248,000 nt of DNA from Octopus vulgaris. Taxonomy: Eukaryota. Below, in pieces: positions 233,101-247,515 of the stretch. A program made the position numbers and the translations under genes. Every line of letters begins with the position of its first letter. The stretch's first letter is position 1. The stretch lies in NCBI GenBank assembly GCA_951406725.2, contig OX597815.1, positions 189,740,001 to 189,988,000 on the forward strand. Reading direction: 5' to 3'. The notes under the pieces were generated by a model. That model was given only the letters and a program-made list of their open reading frames with translations. It ran no database searches and was not told where the DNA came from.

Positions 233101-234294
233101 GACCACCTTATCTTTTATATTTCAGAAATAGAATGCATTTGACAACAATATTAAATATATTTGCTTTGATCTTGAAAGTCAAAGTTGACCTTTGAACTCC
233201 AGAGTTGGAATAAATACTACAAGGTATTTTTCTCAAAGCATTAACTATTTATTAATCTATCTCTGACATTTTTGTATTTTACAAGAAGGATTTCAAACAG
233301 AAGTACAAATTTGCAAATTTTTGTGGCTAAAGGAGGAGTCAGTTATAAATGACCCCAGTAAATAATGAGTACCAAGTTACTTTAACACCCTAGAAAGAAT
233401 AAAAGGTAGAGTCACATTTGGTGGGATTTGAAGTCAGATAATAAAAAGCTGTAACCAACTACCACAAGGCACTCTATTCATTCTGCCAATCTGCCAGTCT
233501 CATCATCACCATCATCATCATCATCATCATCGTTTAACATCCGTTTTCTGCGCTAGCATGGGTTGGACGGTTCGACTGGGGTCTGGGAAGCCAGGAGGCC
233601 GCACCAGGCTCCAGTCTGATCTGGCAGTGTTTCTACAGCTGGATGCCCTTCCTAACGCCAACCACTCCGTGAGTGTAGTGGGTGCTTTTTACATGCCACC
233701 GGCACAGGTGCCAGGGGAGTCTGGCAGCGGCCACAATCAGTGCCAGACTCCCTTGGTACCTGTGCCAGTGGCACGTAAAAAGCACCATTCTTAATAATAT
233801 CGGATTTTGTTTGTTAAATGATTTTAAAAAAATAATTTATGAACACAGTGCAAGTATAACTATATGGTTCAGGAGCATGCTTCATAACCACATGAGTTTA
233901 GGTTCAGTTCCACTGCATGGCACCTGAGACAAGTGTCATGTACTACAGCCTCAGTTAACCTGATATCTTGTGAAGGATTCACAAGATACAAAAGAAGTTT
234001 TGTCCCATCTTAAATCCTTTCTACTGTAGACACAAGGCCTGAAATTTTGGGGGGCAGAGAGTAAGACATTTACATAAGCCCCCCAATGCTCAACCGGTAC
234101 TTAATTCATTAACCCTGAAAGAATAAAAGGCAAAGTCGACCTCAGTGAAATTTGAACTCAGAATAAGGGCATCCAGCTGTAGAAACTCTGCCAGATCAAG
234201 ATTGGAGCCTGGTGCAGCCATCTGGTTTGCCAGCCCTCAGTCAAATCGTCCAACTCATGCTAGCATGGAAAGCGGACGTTAAACGATGATGATA

Positions 234295-234326
<32 letters not shown>

Positions 234327-235559
234327 TGCAGCCTGGCATGTTAAAGATTCTGCCAGCTTGCTACCTTATGCCTGCAACTTATATCAAATTAATGTTTTGG
234401 TCCTAAGAATTAAATGGTTAAAAAATTTTTTTTTATATACTGGTTATTAGAGACTTATATTAACTGGTAATTGCAGAACTGGGTGCAGACTAAGGGATTT
234501 CCACCCCAGATATATTTTGTTATCTTACTTTAATACCTATGAGACTTTGTTTCATGGTGTTTTTTTTTTAGTTATTTTACAGCCTGTGTGCTGTCTTTAT
234601 TCTTTGCAACCTCTATATTTCCTAAGCCCAAAGAAAAACCCTTTATCAAGTCACTTCAACAGCTAAAAATAGCAACCAAATCTCCCTAGAATTACATCCT
234701 ACTTGAAGAATGTGCCACGACATTCTTTCATACTTTACTTGTTTAATTTATTGGATTCAGCCCATGCTGGAGCACCATCTTGATGGGGTTTTGTCAATCA
234801 AATCATCACCAGTATTATTTTAATCTTTTAGCATTCAGATTTTTCTTTTTGATTTAAAAAAAAAAAATTTTTTCTTGCAAGTACTCAGTGACCCTGTCAG
234901 TGCAGGTGCCACTTAAAAAGCACCCAGTCCGCATTGTAAATTGATTGGTATTTGAAAGAACATCCAGCTGTAAAAAGACTTGCCAAAACTGACCTCGCCT
235001 GTGCTTGTGCCATGTAAAAAGCACTAAGTCCACTCTGCTGAATGGTTGGTACTAGGAACGGCATCCAGCTGTAAAAAATCCTGTCAAAGCAATCACAGAA
235101 GTCTGGCACAGGCTTCTGCCTGACCAGCTTTTGTGAAACCGTCCCACCCATGCTAGCATGGAAGGCGGACATTAAACAAAGATGATTATTCCGTCAAGCA
235201 TAATGCTTATTATTCTCATTGTTTTGAATTAATCATACCTTTAAAATTTCGAGGATGTGAGTGTTTATTTTTAGAATGGTGTTGTAGGGTAAGTGTGAGA
235301 GGTAGGGTCTGGCTAGTTTTAACATAAAACAAGTAAAATATTTTGATTTTCAATATGTGACCACGTGTGTATCGTTGGTGATTTTCTTTCCCTGTCTTCC
235401 CTTCTTTGAACTTTTTCTATATTTCTGACAAAGAGCTCTGCTCAAAACGTGAAATCCACTTTCTTTTCTTTCCTTTCCTGAGCATCCAATAAGACTGTAC
235501 TTATTCCATGTCCTCACATTGTTGTTTTTCTTGCTTGTTCATGTTTGGATTAACTAGAA

Positions 235560-236430
235560 TATTTTGGCGGGTCATTGCCAATTTAAATGCTAAATGGTTA
235601 GGCCCGGTACTTCTTCCATCAATCATTCTTTGCCAAACTGCTAATTTATGGAATTATCTTATATTTTGCAGTATTTCCAAATCCCAGAGTGTGGGATGCC
235701 ATCAAAAGTTACTTTTTTACTATAGCTAATCCATGCTATTCTGAGATATTTTGTTATTTACATGCTCTCCTTAATATCAATGATTATCACACGGTTTGGT
235801 CTTTATAAACCAGACACCCCTTTATAAAATGTTCTCTGCTCTTTTGATATGATTTTGTGTTTTCCTAGTGTGAAAAACAGTTTGCCAGAAAGTACAGATA
235901 TCAATGTTTTATACATTATTGATAGACAGGTGATCAGTTGATAATAATTCTTCGGCTGATGGTGTCTAGATCTTGGTGGATACAAGTTACTTTGATTTCC
236001 ATTAACCAGCCTCTCATATTATTTGTGATTGTTCCAACTGAATGTTAAAAAGTCTTACAAGAACTTTGGGTGTGTTTATATGATATTTCAACCAAACGTT
236101 TGGCACTCTATCAGTTTCAGTCGATTCCATTTTGGTATTCTGGTTCTTTAATTTTTATCTATTTTTCTATATATTATATATATATTTTTTTCCCTTCTCT
236201 TTTGTTCGGTTTCCTCTGTAATCCACACTGCCTTTTCGCCGTAACTGACTGCTGCTTTTCTTCCATACGTCTTCTCAATATTTCTTTATTACTGGTTTTG
236301 TTGGTGATTCTTTAATCTTTATGTTTGACTTATTTAATCTTCTATAGAATGTTCTGGGTTTTCTTTCAAATAGTTCATTATGTTTAAAGAAGCATTCATG
236401 CCTCTCAAATTGCTTAATATGTTGTGTCTT
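235560..236430 (-). pseudogene. Decayed R4/Dong-type RT N-terminal fragment
   Basis: NELFERKPRTFYRRL and NYYQLITCLSIMYKTL...IISKEQ..F.KG. Confidence 0.65.
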
Positions 236431-236481
236431 TGCTGATATTTCTTGTCTTTCTCATTCTCTCTCTCTGTATATATATATACA

Positions 236482-236556
<75 letters not shown>

Positions 236557-237419
236557 ATATCCATCTATCTATCATCTGTCTATCTCTTTTTTACTGTGAC
236601 TTCTTTTCCTTGATGTGATATTGTATTTTCTTAATATATATTATTTTGCTTCCATATTCTAATATTTGAGTTTCCTGTCTTCTGTTTACTCAGTATTGAT
236701 AGATTCCTAGCATCTTCCTTGAATCACATTTTTTTTTCTTCACGTTGCTATTATGGGTTTGTGTGAATATTCATTTGTCTTCTCAAGAATGTGTCTTCAT
236801 ATATTTTTTTTTTTATACATATAGTCACAGTAACAGAATAAATGAATTAGTTTACAAGTGAAGGGAAGAGAATCTATATGTTCTTTCAGCCCGCTAAAAA
236901 TAATAACCATTTCCTAAATTGTACCTTATAATGCTTGCTTCATCCATTACCCTTGTGACAAATAAAAGAAATCATTATATTTACTTTCAATGCAAGCTCC
237001 CAACACTTTTTGTAATTTCCCCTCATTCATCACATTTATGGTAATAATAAAAAATTATTATTATTATTATTATTATCATTATTGTTGTTATTATTATTAT
237101 TATTTCTTTTTTGCGCCCTTTTCAAGGCTAGCCAGGCTCATGGGCCCGGTTTCCCGGTTTCTATGGCGTATGTGTTCCCTCCAACTGGACGGGACGCCAA
237201 TCCATCGCAGCGTTACTCAAGAAACAGGAAGAGAGAGTGAGAGAAAGTTGGGGTGAAAGAGTACAACAGGGGTCACCACCACCCCCTGCCGGAGCCTCGT
237301 GGAGCTTTAGGTGTTTTCACTGAATAAACACACACAACGCCCGGTCTGGGAATCGATACTGTGATCCTCCGACCACAAGTCCGCTGCTCTAACCACTGAG
237401 CCACAACGCCTCCACATCA

Positions 237420-237469
<50 letters not shown>

Positions 237470-239439
237470 CTAAAGTGGTGAGCTGGCAGAATCATTAGCA
237501 CGCTGGGCAAAATGCTTAGTGGTGTTTCGTCTGTTGCTGTGTTCTGAGTTCAAATTCTGTCATGGTCGACTTTGCCTTTCATCCTTTTGGGGTTAATGAA
237601 TTTAGTAACAGTCGTGTACTGGGGTTGATCTAATTGACTGGCCCCCTCCCCCAAAATTTTGGGCCTTGTGCCTAGAGTAGAAAAGATTATTATTATTATT
237701 GCACATCTGAGCATGATCGTTGTTAGAGCCATGGATTGGCTCCCATGCCGGTGACTCATGAAAAGCACCATTCAAGTGAGATCGTTGCCAGTGCCACTGG
237801 ACTGGGTCCCGTGCAGGTAGCATGTAAAAACACCTTTTGAGCATGGTCGTTGCCAATGCCGCCAGACTGGCTCCTGTGCAGGTAGCATGTAATAACATCT
237901 TTTGAGCGTGGTCATTGCTAGAACTGCCTGACTGGCACGTAAAAGTACCCACTACACTCTCGGAGTGGTTGGCGCTAGAAAGGGCATCCCAGCTGTAGAA
238001 ACTTTGCCTGATCAGATTGAGCCTGGAGCAGCCCTCTGTTTCGCCAGTCCTCAGTCAAACCGTCCAACCCATGCTAGCATGGAAAGTGGACGTTAAATGA
238101 CGACGACGACGACAATGATGATGATGATGGTGATGATAATGAGTATTATTGACTGAATTAAGGGCAGAATCATTAACATGCTAGGCAAAATGCTGAGCAG
238201 CATATTGTTCATTTTTATGTTCTGAGTTCAAATTCCTTGCACCAAGGTGAACTTTGCCCTTCATTCTTTCAGAAGTACCAGCTGAAGTCTGCAGTTGATA
238301 TTATTGACCATCTCTTCCCTCAAAACCGCTGATCTATTGCCAAAGTTTAAAATCACAATTATTGGCTGAATCGGTAATGTACCAGACAAAATGCTTCGTA
238401 GCATTCTGTGTTCAAACACTGCTGAGGGCGACTTTGCCTTTAAATGCTTACCACATTGATCTTGAGTGTGCTCAGGCACTGCAAGAGTCAACGATGTGAA
238501 ACATTATCGTTGGCTTTCTTGTAATCTATCCAGTCAAAAGCTAGGTTCTTTCTTATACATGCCTCACTTGACATCATGCTATCACTATACAGCAGATCAG
238601 AAGTTCTTACAATTTCTTTCTGCATCTTTTTCCTCCTCTGCTAATTGCTTCTGCTTCTTCTTCAGAAAAAGCTATGCAATTCATTTCCTACGAGGCCTGT
238701 TAACAATTTTCAGAGTGTATTGGTAAGCATGTAAAAAGCCAATAATTACAGACTTTCCTTCTCTTTTTGTTGTCTTTCTCTATTTGTACCATCTCCCCTT
238801 TTGTTATCCATGTTGCCATTTCTGTTGCCATTTCTATACAGTCAGTAGGAAATGGTTGAATATAGCTGTGCATGCCTGAGAGATTTTTTTAGTCAGAATC
238901 CCAAAACACAATTTGGTCAGAGCTTTCCAGTTTGTTATTTTCTTTTGCATCTTTTCCAAATTTTCATCTTTAATATTGATATTCTCTCAAGATGGTGAGC
239001 TGGTGGAACTTTTAGCACATCAGGAAAAATACTTAGTAATATTTCACCCATCTTCGCATTCTGAGATCAAATTCTACCAAAGTCAACTTTACCTTTCATA
239101 CTTTCAGAGTCAATAAAAATAAGTACCAGTTAAACACTGGGGTCAATATATGTTTCTTTACTACCCACAAGGGGCTAAACACAGAGGGGACAAACAAGGA
239201 CAGACAAACGAATTAAGTCGATTACATGGACCCCAGTGCATAACTGGTACTTATTTAATCGACCCCGAAAGGACGAAAGGCAAAGTCGACCTCGGTGGAA
239301 TTTGAACTCGGAATGTAACGACAGACGAAATACGGCTACGCATTTTGCCCGGCGTGCTAACGGTTCTGCCAGGTCGCCAATCTATTTATCTGCTCCCCCG
239401 AAATCACAATTTTTGCTTTGTGACAAAATTTGAAATCCA

Positions 239440-240340
239440 TTTTTATATTCTCTTGCTTTGGTCCATTTTCCATTCCATTTAAAAATTTCTGTAACCAATC
239501 AACTTCCCTATTATGTTGAACTTGTTTTGTTCCAAATGTCTGACCAAAAGTTCCTTGCTGCTTCAGTATTTGTCATATCAGTTCCTTGATATTCCTTCTC
239601 ATTGTTCAATTGCCAATAAAATTTCATTTCATTGTTTCTGAAGACTTTGATCTGCTGATATTGGTTTATTCCATGTCGGTTTCTTGTTGTCTTACCTAGT
239701 ATTGTATTAATTTTTCATCTTACTTCTTTGTTAGTTACCTGTAATAATCTGTTACCTGTAATAATCTGTTACCTGTAATAATCTGTTACCTGTAATAATC
239801 TGTTGCTAATTTATTTCCTTTGGAGCTCGTTTTTGTTTCATTCCTTTACCAACTTCTTTTCAATCATTGCATTTATCCTTCCCCCATTCAATTTGATCCT
239901 CAAGTCTCCATTTCCACCCATAGTTCTTTATTTTCTGCTTTTCCTTAACTTTTAACACCAAGAATTTTCACAGCAGCAGACACTTCATAGTACATAAAGT
240001 CATTTAGATCTGTCATACTTTCAAAATAGATTTTCATTAACAGCTCATCCAGCTTTCTTGCTACTTTGCATACATTTTCATTTAATTCCTCTCAAAGTTG
240101 GTGCTTTCTTTCTTTCACTCACCTGAATCTTATTTAGCTGTTGCAGTAAGCTCCTTTTCTTCTCAGTAAAATCCTTTCCTATCACAAAGAAAATTTAATT
240201 TTCATTTTCATTTCTCCCATGATTAATCGTTGGACTCTGCTATATTCTTTTGGTTTCTTCCTCTTCAACATAACCATGTTTTTCAAACTTTTTCTGTTTT
240301 GAAGATGTCACCCAGCTCCAACTGGGATAGCCACTGTCTT
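239440..240340 (-). pseudogene. Decayed R4/Dong-type N-terminal fragment
   Basis: LNDFMY..SAAVKILGVK, VNQYQQIKVFRNNEMKFY, EAARNFWSDIW. Confidence 0.6.
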
Positions 240341-240391
240341 TTTACAGTTCAATGTTTTCTAGTCTAGAAGTCTCTGTTCTGTGAAAGAGAA

Positions 240392-240425
<34 letters not shown>

Positions 240426-240789
240426 GTTTAACGTCCGCTTTCCATGCCTGCATGGGTTGGATGATTTTGACTGAGGGCTGGTGAGCCAGATGGCCGCACC
240501 AGGCTCCAATCTTGATCTGGCAGAGTTTCTACAGCTGGATGCCCTTCCTAAAGCCAACCACTCCGAGAGTACCTTTCATTATCCATATTTTACACATCCT
240601 TTTTCTTTGGCAGACTCTCTTCTATAGCAACATTCCATCACAGTCTTATTGTCATTTTGCTATCATTTTCTCCTAATCTTCATAGCAGTAGATAAATTGA
240701 CCAGGCTCATCTTGTTGCCTAGTGGGACACTTACCATATGAGAGACCTTTAATGCAGTTGTGATAATACTTTTTGTATGGCATTACATT

Positions 240790-241110
240790 GTGGTTCAGTG
240801 GTTAGAGCATCGGGCTCGCAATCATGAGGTAGTGAGTTCGATTCCCAAACCAGGCTGTGTGTTGTGTTCTTGAGCAAGACACTTTATTTCATGTTGCTTC
240901 ACTTCACTCAGCTGTAGAAATGAGTTGCGGGGTCACCGGTGCCAAGCTGTATCGGCCCCTTTGCCTTTCCCTTGGATAACATCAGTGGCATGGAGAGGAG
241001 AGGCTGGTATGTAGGGGCGATTGCTGGTCTTCCATAAACAACCTTACCCAGAATTGTGCCTCAGAGGGTAACATTCCAAGTGCAGTCTCATGGTCATTCA
241101 TGACCGAAGG
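240790..241110 (+). mobile_element. tRNA-derived SINE family D
   Basis: GGTTCAGTGGTTAGAGC...GAGTTCGATTCC, TTGAGCAAGACACTTTATTTC; copies at 4055-4395, 22215-22560, 42505-43010, 101585-101835, 130405-130680, 156715-157040 and 222260-222580. Confidence 0.75.
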
Positions 241111-241129
241111 GGATTTTTACATTTATTGA

Positions 241130-241640
241130 GAAAACTGAAAACTGAGGCATTAAGGTGTCACAACTACAACTGTTGTGACAATTTATTGAGACACTTTCTG
241201 GTTCAGATGTTTTCAAGATGGCTGGAAAAAGGTCAATATTGACGAACGTTCTGGGAGACCCACAACCAGCAGAACTGAGAAAAATATCGCAGATTTGCGT
241301 GTAGCTGTGCGGGGAAATTGTTGAATCACCATCTGTGAGCTATCAGGGGATGTACAGATTAGTTACAGTTCAGTTCAGTCCATTATCACTGAAGATTTGG
241401 GTATGAGGTTTCTGTTTTTCAAGTTTGTGCTGAAGCTGCTTTCAACTGGCCAAAATGACACTTGGGTTTCCGCTGCACAAGATCTCTTTGATTGTATCGA
241501 GAACAATGTAAACTTTTTGAAAATTTTGCTTAGGTCTCTGAGCTGGTATCACCAAGCTTTTGGCAAAATTTGATGCAGATTTTCTGCTCAACTTTTTTTG
241601 TCATGGTCAATGCAATGATCACATGCTACACACCTTCCTT
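241130..241640 (+). mobile_element. Mariner-like remnant
   Basis: DERSGRPTTSRTE and SIITEDLGM-like remnants. Confidence 0.55.
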
Positions 241641-241967
241641 CCAAGCACTACTGTAGACAGCGGAAGAGAGGAAGAATGTTAAAACTTAATGTGCTTGCAC
241701 AGCAGAAATCAAGGTCAATCTTTGCCAAGCAGCTTTACTCTGTGTGCTTTAGATATTTATTGATCAGATCACGTATCTTCTACGACACTGTCATGATTTC
241801 TCACCTCCTACCACAGTGATGGTAGAGAGGTAAATGAAACATGATGGAAGCGGTGAAGCAGAGCGAGAAAGATGAATGAAAGAAGGATGAATGGGGTTTC
241901 ATTCCGTAACCTGAGTTCCACTGATACTGATATAGTAGAGATGGTAGTGGGTTGGGTAGAGGGGTGA

Positions 241968-242006
<39 letters not shown>

Positions 242007-242536
242007 TAATAACATCAATAAATACCTTAGGAATGAGTACCCAGGTTTGAAATTTCCCCAAGACACCTGATGAAGGCTGGAGGGTATATCAGCTGAAACG
242101 CTGTGTTAACAACAAACAAGACGAGGACAAATGTCCGTCAAATGTAAATAATGTAAATAATGTAAATAATGTACATAATTCCTCATCCTTGTCGTCATCA
242201 TCTTCATCACATTATCGTCATTGTCATTATCATTGTCACCATCATCATCTTCACTATCATCATTTTCCCTATCATCACCATCATCATCATCATCTACTAC
242301 TTCATCATCATCATCACTATCCTCAACATCATCATCGTCATCATATTCATCATTGTCATCATTCATCATCATCATCATCATTTAACGTCTGCTTTCCATG
242401 CTAGTATGGGTTGGACGGTTCAACTGGGGTCTGGGGAGCCCGAAGGCTGCACCAGGCCAGTCAGATCTGGCAGTGTTTCTACAGCTGGATGCCCTTCCTA
242501 ACGCCAACCACTTCGAGAGTGTAGTGGGTGATTTTA

Positions 242537-242840
242537 TGTGCCACCGACACAGGTACCAGACGAGGCTGGCGAACGGCCACACTCGGATGGTGTTTTTATG
242601 TGCCGCCGACACAGGTGCCAGACGAAGCTGGCGAACGGCCACGCTCGGATGGTGTTTTTATGTGCCACCAACACAGGTGCCAGACAAGGCTAGCAGACGA
242701 CCACGCTCGGATGGTGTTTTTATGTGCCACCGACACAGGTGCCAGACGAGGCTGGCGAACGGCCACGCTCGGATGGTGTTTTTATGTGCCACCGACACAG
242801 GTGCCAGACAAGGCTAGCAGGGTGCCAGACAAGGCTAGCA
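242537..242840 (+). repeat. Same 62-bp minisatellite, about 4.5 units
   Basis: Same A and B unit variants as at 184661. Confidence 0.9.
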
Positions 242841-244064
242841 GATCATTATTGTCATCATTATGGTCACCATCACCATCCCCATTATCATCGTCATAGCCAT
242901 CATCATCATCATCATATTCATCATTGTCTTCATCATTATCGTCACCCTCACCACCACCTTCATCACCATCTTCATCATCATTGTTGTCGTTGTCATCATT
243001 ATTGTCATCATCTTCATCATCAACGTCATCTTCATAGTCATCATCATCATAATTGTCATCATCATCATCATCATCATTAAAGATTATCTTAATACAGAAA
243101 TCACATTTGGATGTCTCCATCAGTTCCTCCTATTGGTATTTCCTTTATTCTGTTAAACCCAAATTCAAAACCCAAAAACTCTACTGGATATTCCCATCGT
243201 CATTAAACTCCCTTCTTTCACAGAAAACATTAGATTTTAAATAAACACATTAAAGCTGAACAAAATTTCAAAAAGAAAATTGATTTATTTTGAAATTTTT
243301 CTGAAAAGAATTTTATTTAATGACTTGTATTTCTGATGTATCGCTATAGCAACCATAAATCAGTCTTTATATAGCTTGTTTTAAATGCAATATGTACATT
243401 ATTTAAATCACACCAACTAATCAGATATTTATATTATAAATATCTGTTTTACTGAGCAGGTTTACATCAAAAATAGATAAAAGTCATTTTTATCATGAAC
243501 TTCACAAATGTATCATTTTAAATAATCAGTGAACAATATGATATATGCTTCTCACTCATACTCCCTCTCTCTCTCTCTCCTCTTTTAGAATTCTTCCTGA
243601 TGTGTCTTTAGAGATTTAACAATAACAAATATGGCATTCTATCTCTTGTAATAATAGTTTATTTGGAAATAATGAATAGTAGTGCAAAATTCAGCTATAA
243701 TAATTTATAGATGTGTAGAGAAGCATATATTTATATATATTGCGGCCTTTTATTAATCTTGGCACCAGGTGCCATAAAATATGAACTGAGAAGTTCAGTA
243801 TAAATTAAGCACAATTACTGCTTAATTTTGTACATGCAGTTGTTGATGTTTTTGTTGTTTAGCTCAGATCACCAGTGATTGAGAAGCGCTTTAACCAAAG
243901 ACATTCCAGCCATAGCCATCCCACTTTTTATTCAATCAGTGTATCTAAGATAACATTTTTTTAATGTGTCATTTATATTTTTAGAGACAGTCAGTTGTGA
244001 TTTGAAGGGGACATTTGGTAGATATTTCTAGCAGAATGAGTAACCACATAGAGGCTTCTTCCTA

Positions 244065-244098
<34 letters not shown>

Positions 244099-244428
244099 GA
244101 TTATTACTATTATTATTATTACTATTATTATTATTATTATTATTATTGAGTGAGAGAGCAGTGCATGCCATCAAAGTGACACTGGGGTAAAATATACGAA
244201 GCCCAGTATACCCATCATGACTACCTGTCTGATAAGGGTACACCAGGCACATGCATCACAACCATCGTTGTGCGCGACATGGTGATCTCATATACTTCCC
244301 CCACTACTTCCGCTCGTGATCAGAGATGCACATATTGTCAGCTACTAAGGGATATGCTCAACTGGTTAAGCTCAAACAACTGACAAGCAAATCTGTGGTA
244401 TTGAGCAGAATATTTGCTGTAGCCCATC

Positions 244429-244474
<46 letters not shown>

Positions 244475-244725
244475 ATTATTATTATTAAAACATTGAGCTG
244501 GTAGAATCATTAGCAGACTGGACAAGATGCTTAGCGGCATTTCATCCATCTTCACACTCTGAGTTCAAAATCTGCTGTGGTTGACTTTGCGTTTCATCCT
244601 TTCAGGGTTGATAAATTAAGTACCAGTGACACACTGCGGTCGATGTAATTGACTAGTCCCCTCCCACCAAGATTTCAGGCCTTGTGCCTATAGCAGCAAA
244701 AATTTTTCTTCTTCTTCTTCTTCTT

Positions 244726-244799
<74 letters not shown>

Positions 244800-244939
244800 C
244801 ATCATTATTATTATTATTGTTGTTGTTGTTGTTATTATTATCATTATCATTATTATCATCATCATCATCATCATCATCATCATCGTTGTTGTTGTTGTTG
244901 TTGTTGCTGTTGCTGTTGTTGTTGTTATCATCATCAATA

Positions 244940-244997
<58 letters not shown>

Positions 244998-246179
244998 AGT
245001 GGTGAGCTGGCAGAAACGTTAGCATGTCGGGCGAAATGCCTAGCAGTATTTCGTCTGCCACTACCTTCTGAGTTCAAATTCCGCCAAGGTCGACTTTGCC
245101 TTTCATCTTTTCGGGGTTGATAAATTAAGTACCAGTTACGCACTGGGGTCGATGTAATTGACTTAATCCGTTTGTCTGTCCTTGTTTGTTCTCTCTGTGT
245201 TTAGCCCCTTGTGGGTAGTAAAGAAATAGGTATTTCATCTGCCTTCCCATTCTGAGTTCAAATTCCACCGAGGTCAACTTTACCTTTCATCCTTTCGGGG
245301 GGCCAATAAATAAAGTACCAGTGACACACTGGGAGGGGGGGGGGGGTCAATATAATCGACTACTCCTCTCCCCCAAAATTTCAGGCCCTTGTCCCTTAGT
245401 AGAAAAGATTATTATTGTTGTTGTTATTGCTATTGTAGTTGCTGTTTTTAATGTCAATTAATATGGCGAGCTCTGAATAAGCTGACTTAGGAACTGAAAG
245501 AAATTAATCACCTTATCACTATTATTTAGTGTTCAACTATATACTCGTTAGATGAGGTTACATTTGTCATTACACAGCCAAGGTAAAATTTGACAGGTGC
245601 AAATAAACACTCCTGCAGTTTAATGCATATAAGATTATTACCAAAGATTTATTTTAATTCTGTTTGTCACAAATTAGACAGCAAATCGTGGGAATCCATT
245701 GTAATAACTAAGAAGCCCCTCAGCTGAAATCATCGTTATTCTGATGATTTGGATCATGTTATATATGTGTATTCTTCACATGTGATGAAAGGTTCTGGTG
245801 AATGTTGAGAAGGTGAAACATAATCAAGGCTTGCTAGTCTCGCTTCCTTGAAATATATGTAGTTATGCATGGATGGATGGATGGTTGAAGGCTGGGAGAT
245901 ATGGAGGATGCATGTATGTATGTATGTATGTATGTATGTATGTACATATAAATCTATGTGAGAAGGCACATGGCTTAGTGGTTAGGGTATTCAAACTCAT
246001 GATCTTGAGGTCATGAGTTCAACTACCAGCAGTGTGTTGTGTTTTTGAGTAAGACACTTTATTTCATAATACAGTTCTATATATTCAGAGATAAGGAATT
246101 ATGTACATTATTTATATTTGACAGATAATTGTCCTCATCTTGTTAACACAACGTTTCGGCTGAGGACATTACTCAGATC

Positions 246180-247345
246180 ACTGACAGTGGCTCATGGGTG
246201 GATGTTGTCTACCTTGACTTTGCTAAGGCTTTCAACTCTGTGCCACACAAAAGGCTTATGGTGAAACTCTCTGCAATGGGTGTGGGGGATGACCTTTTTA
246301 ACTGGTTGAAATCCTTCATCCTCAGCCGAAAGGAGGTAGTCACAGTTCTAGGACAGCACTCTACACCATATGAGATGTCATCGGGTGTACCACAGGGATC
246401 TGTCCTTGGTCCCCTCCTGTTTGTGGCATACATTAATGACATCGATGCCAATTTAAAGAATGCCACAGTATTGAAATATGCAGACGACATCAAGCTGTAC
246501 CTTGAAATCAAGAGGACTGATCCTGATGTCTACAACTCTTTCCTGCAATCAGACCTAGACACAATGCAGCAATGGATCACAGACTGGCAACTGAAACTGG
246601 CTGTGGACAAGTGTACCACCATGCATTTTGGGAGAAAAAACCCTGCGTCCACATACTCCCTCCACAACACTGATATCAAGAAATCCTCTTGCGAGCGTGA
246701 CCTAGGCATCACTGTCAGCAGTGATTTGCGTTGGACAAAGCATATCTCTAAAATTGTCAAGAAGGCCGAGGGTGTCTTGGCATCACTCAGCAAGACTTTT
246801 GTTAGCTGCTCTCCAGCCATCTATTTAAAACTGTATACAACTATGGTACGACCACACTTGGAATTCGCATCATCAGTTTGGAATCCCTATCTTGCTCAGA
246901 ACATTGACCTCCTGGAATCTGTCCAGAGACGTGCAACCAAACGCATACCCTCCATCAGACACCTACCATATTCTGAGCGCCTTGTTTCCCTGGGCATGGA
247001 TTCACTGAAGCTCCGGCGTCTGGCAACGGACTTGGTAAACGCCCACAAGGTTATCAACCACCTCACCAACAACAACACTGAACACCTTTTTGATCTCCAT
247101 GTGTCTAACACACGTGGACATGCCTACAAAGTCAGAAAACAACACAGCTCCCATGACTTTCGGAAACATTTTTCACGCTCAGGGTTGCTGAAGCGTGGAA
247201 TAAACTGCCTGCGTCAGTTGTTGACTGCCATGACACTGCATCCTTTAAGGCCCTCATGCTTTCCGAAATCCGCCGAAACTACACCTGATTATATATACAC
247301 TTTAGATGAGTTGTAGTGCACCTGAGCACTGTACACAATTATTAT
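246180..247345 (+). mobile_element. 5'-truncated CR1-group LINE (RT and C-terminus), (ATT)n tail
   Basis: VYLDFAKAFNSVPH, SGVPQGSVLGPLLF, YADDIKLY, RPHLEFASSVWNP; 1-nt frameshift near 247168 (the other frame reads FTLRVAEAWNKLP). Confidence 0.93.
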
Positions 247346-247453
247346 GATTATTATTATTATTATTATATACCCTCCAGCCTTCATCAGGTGTCTTGGGGAA
247401 ATTTCAAACCTGGGTTCCCATTCCTAAAGTATTTTTCAATGTTATTATTACCA

Positions 247454-247515
<62 letters not shown>

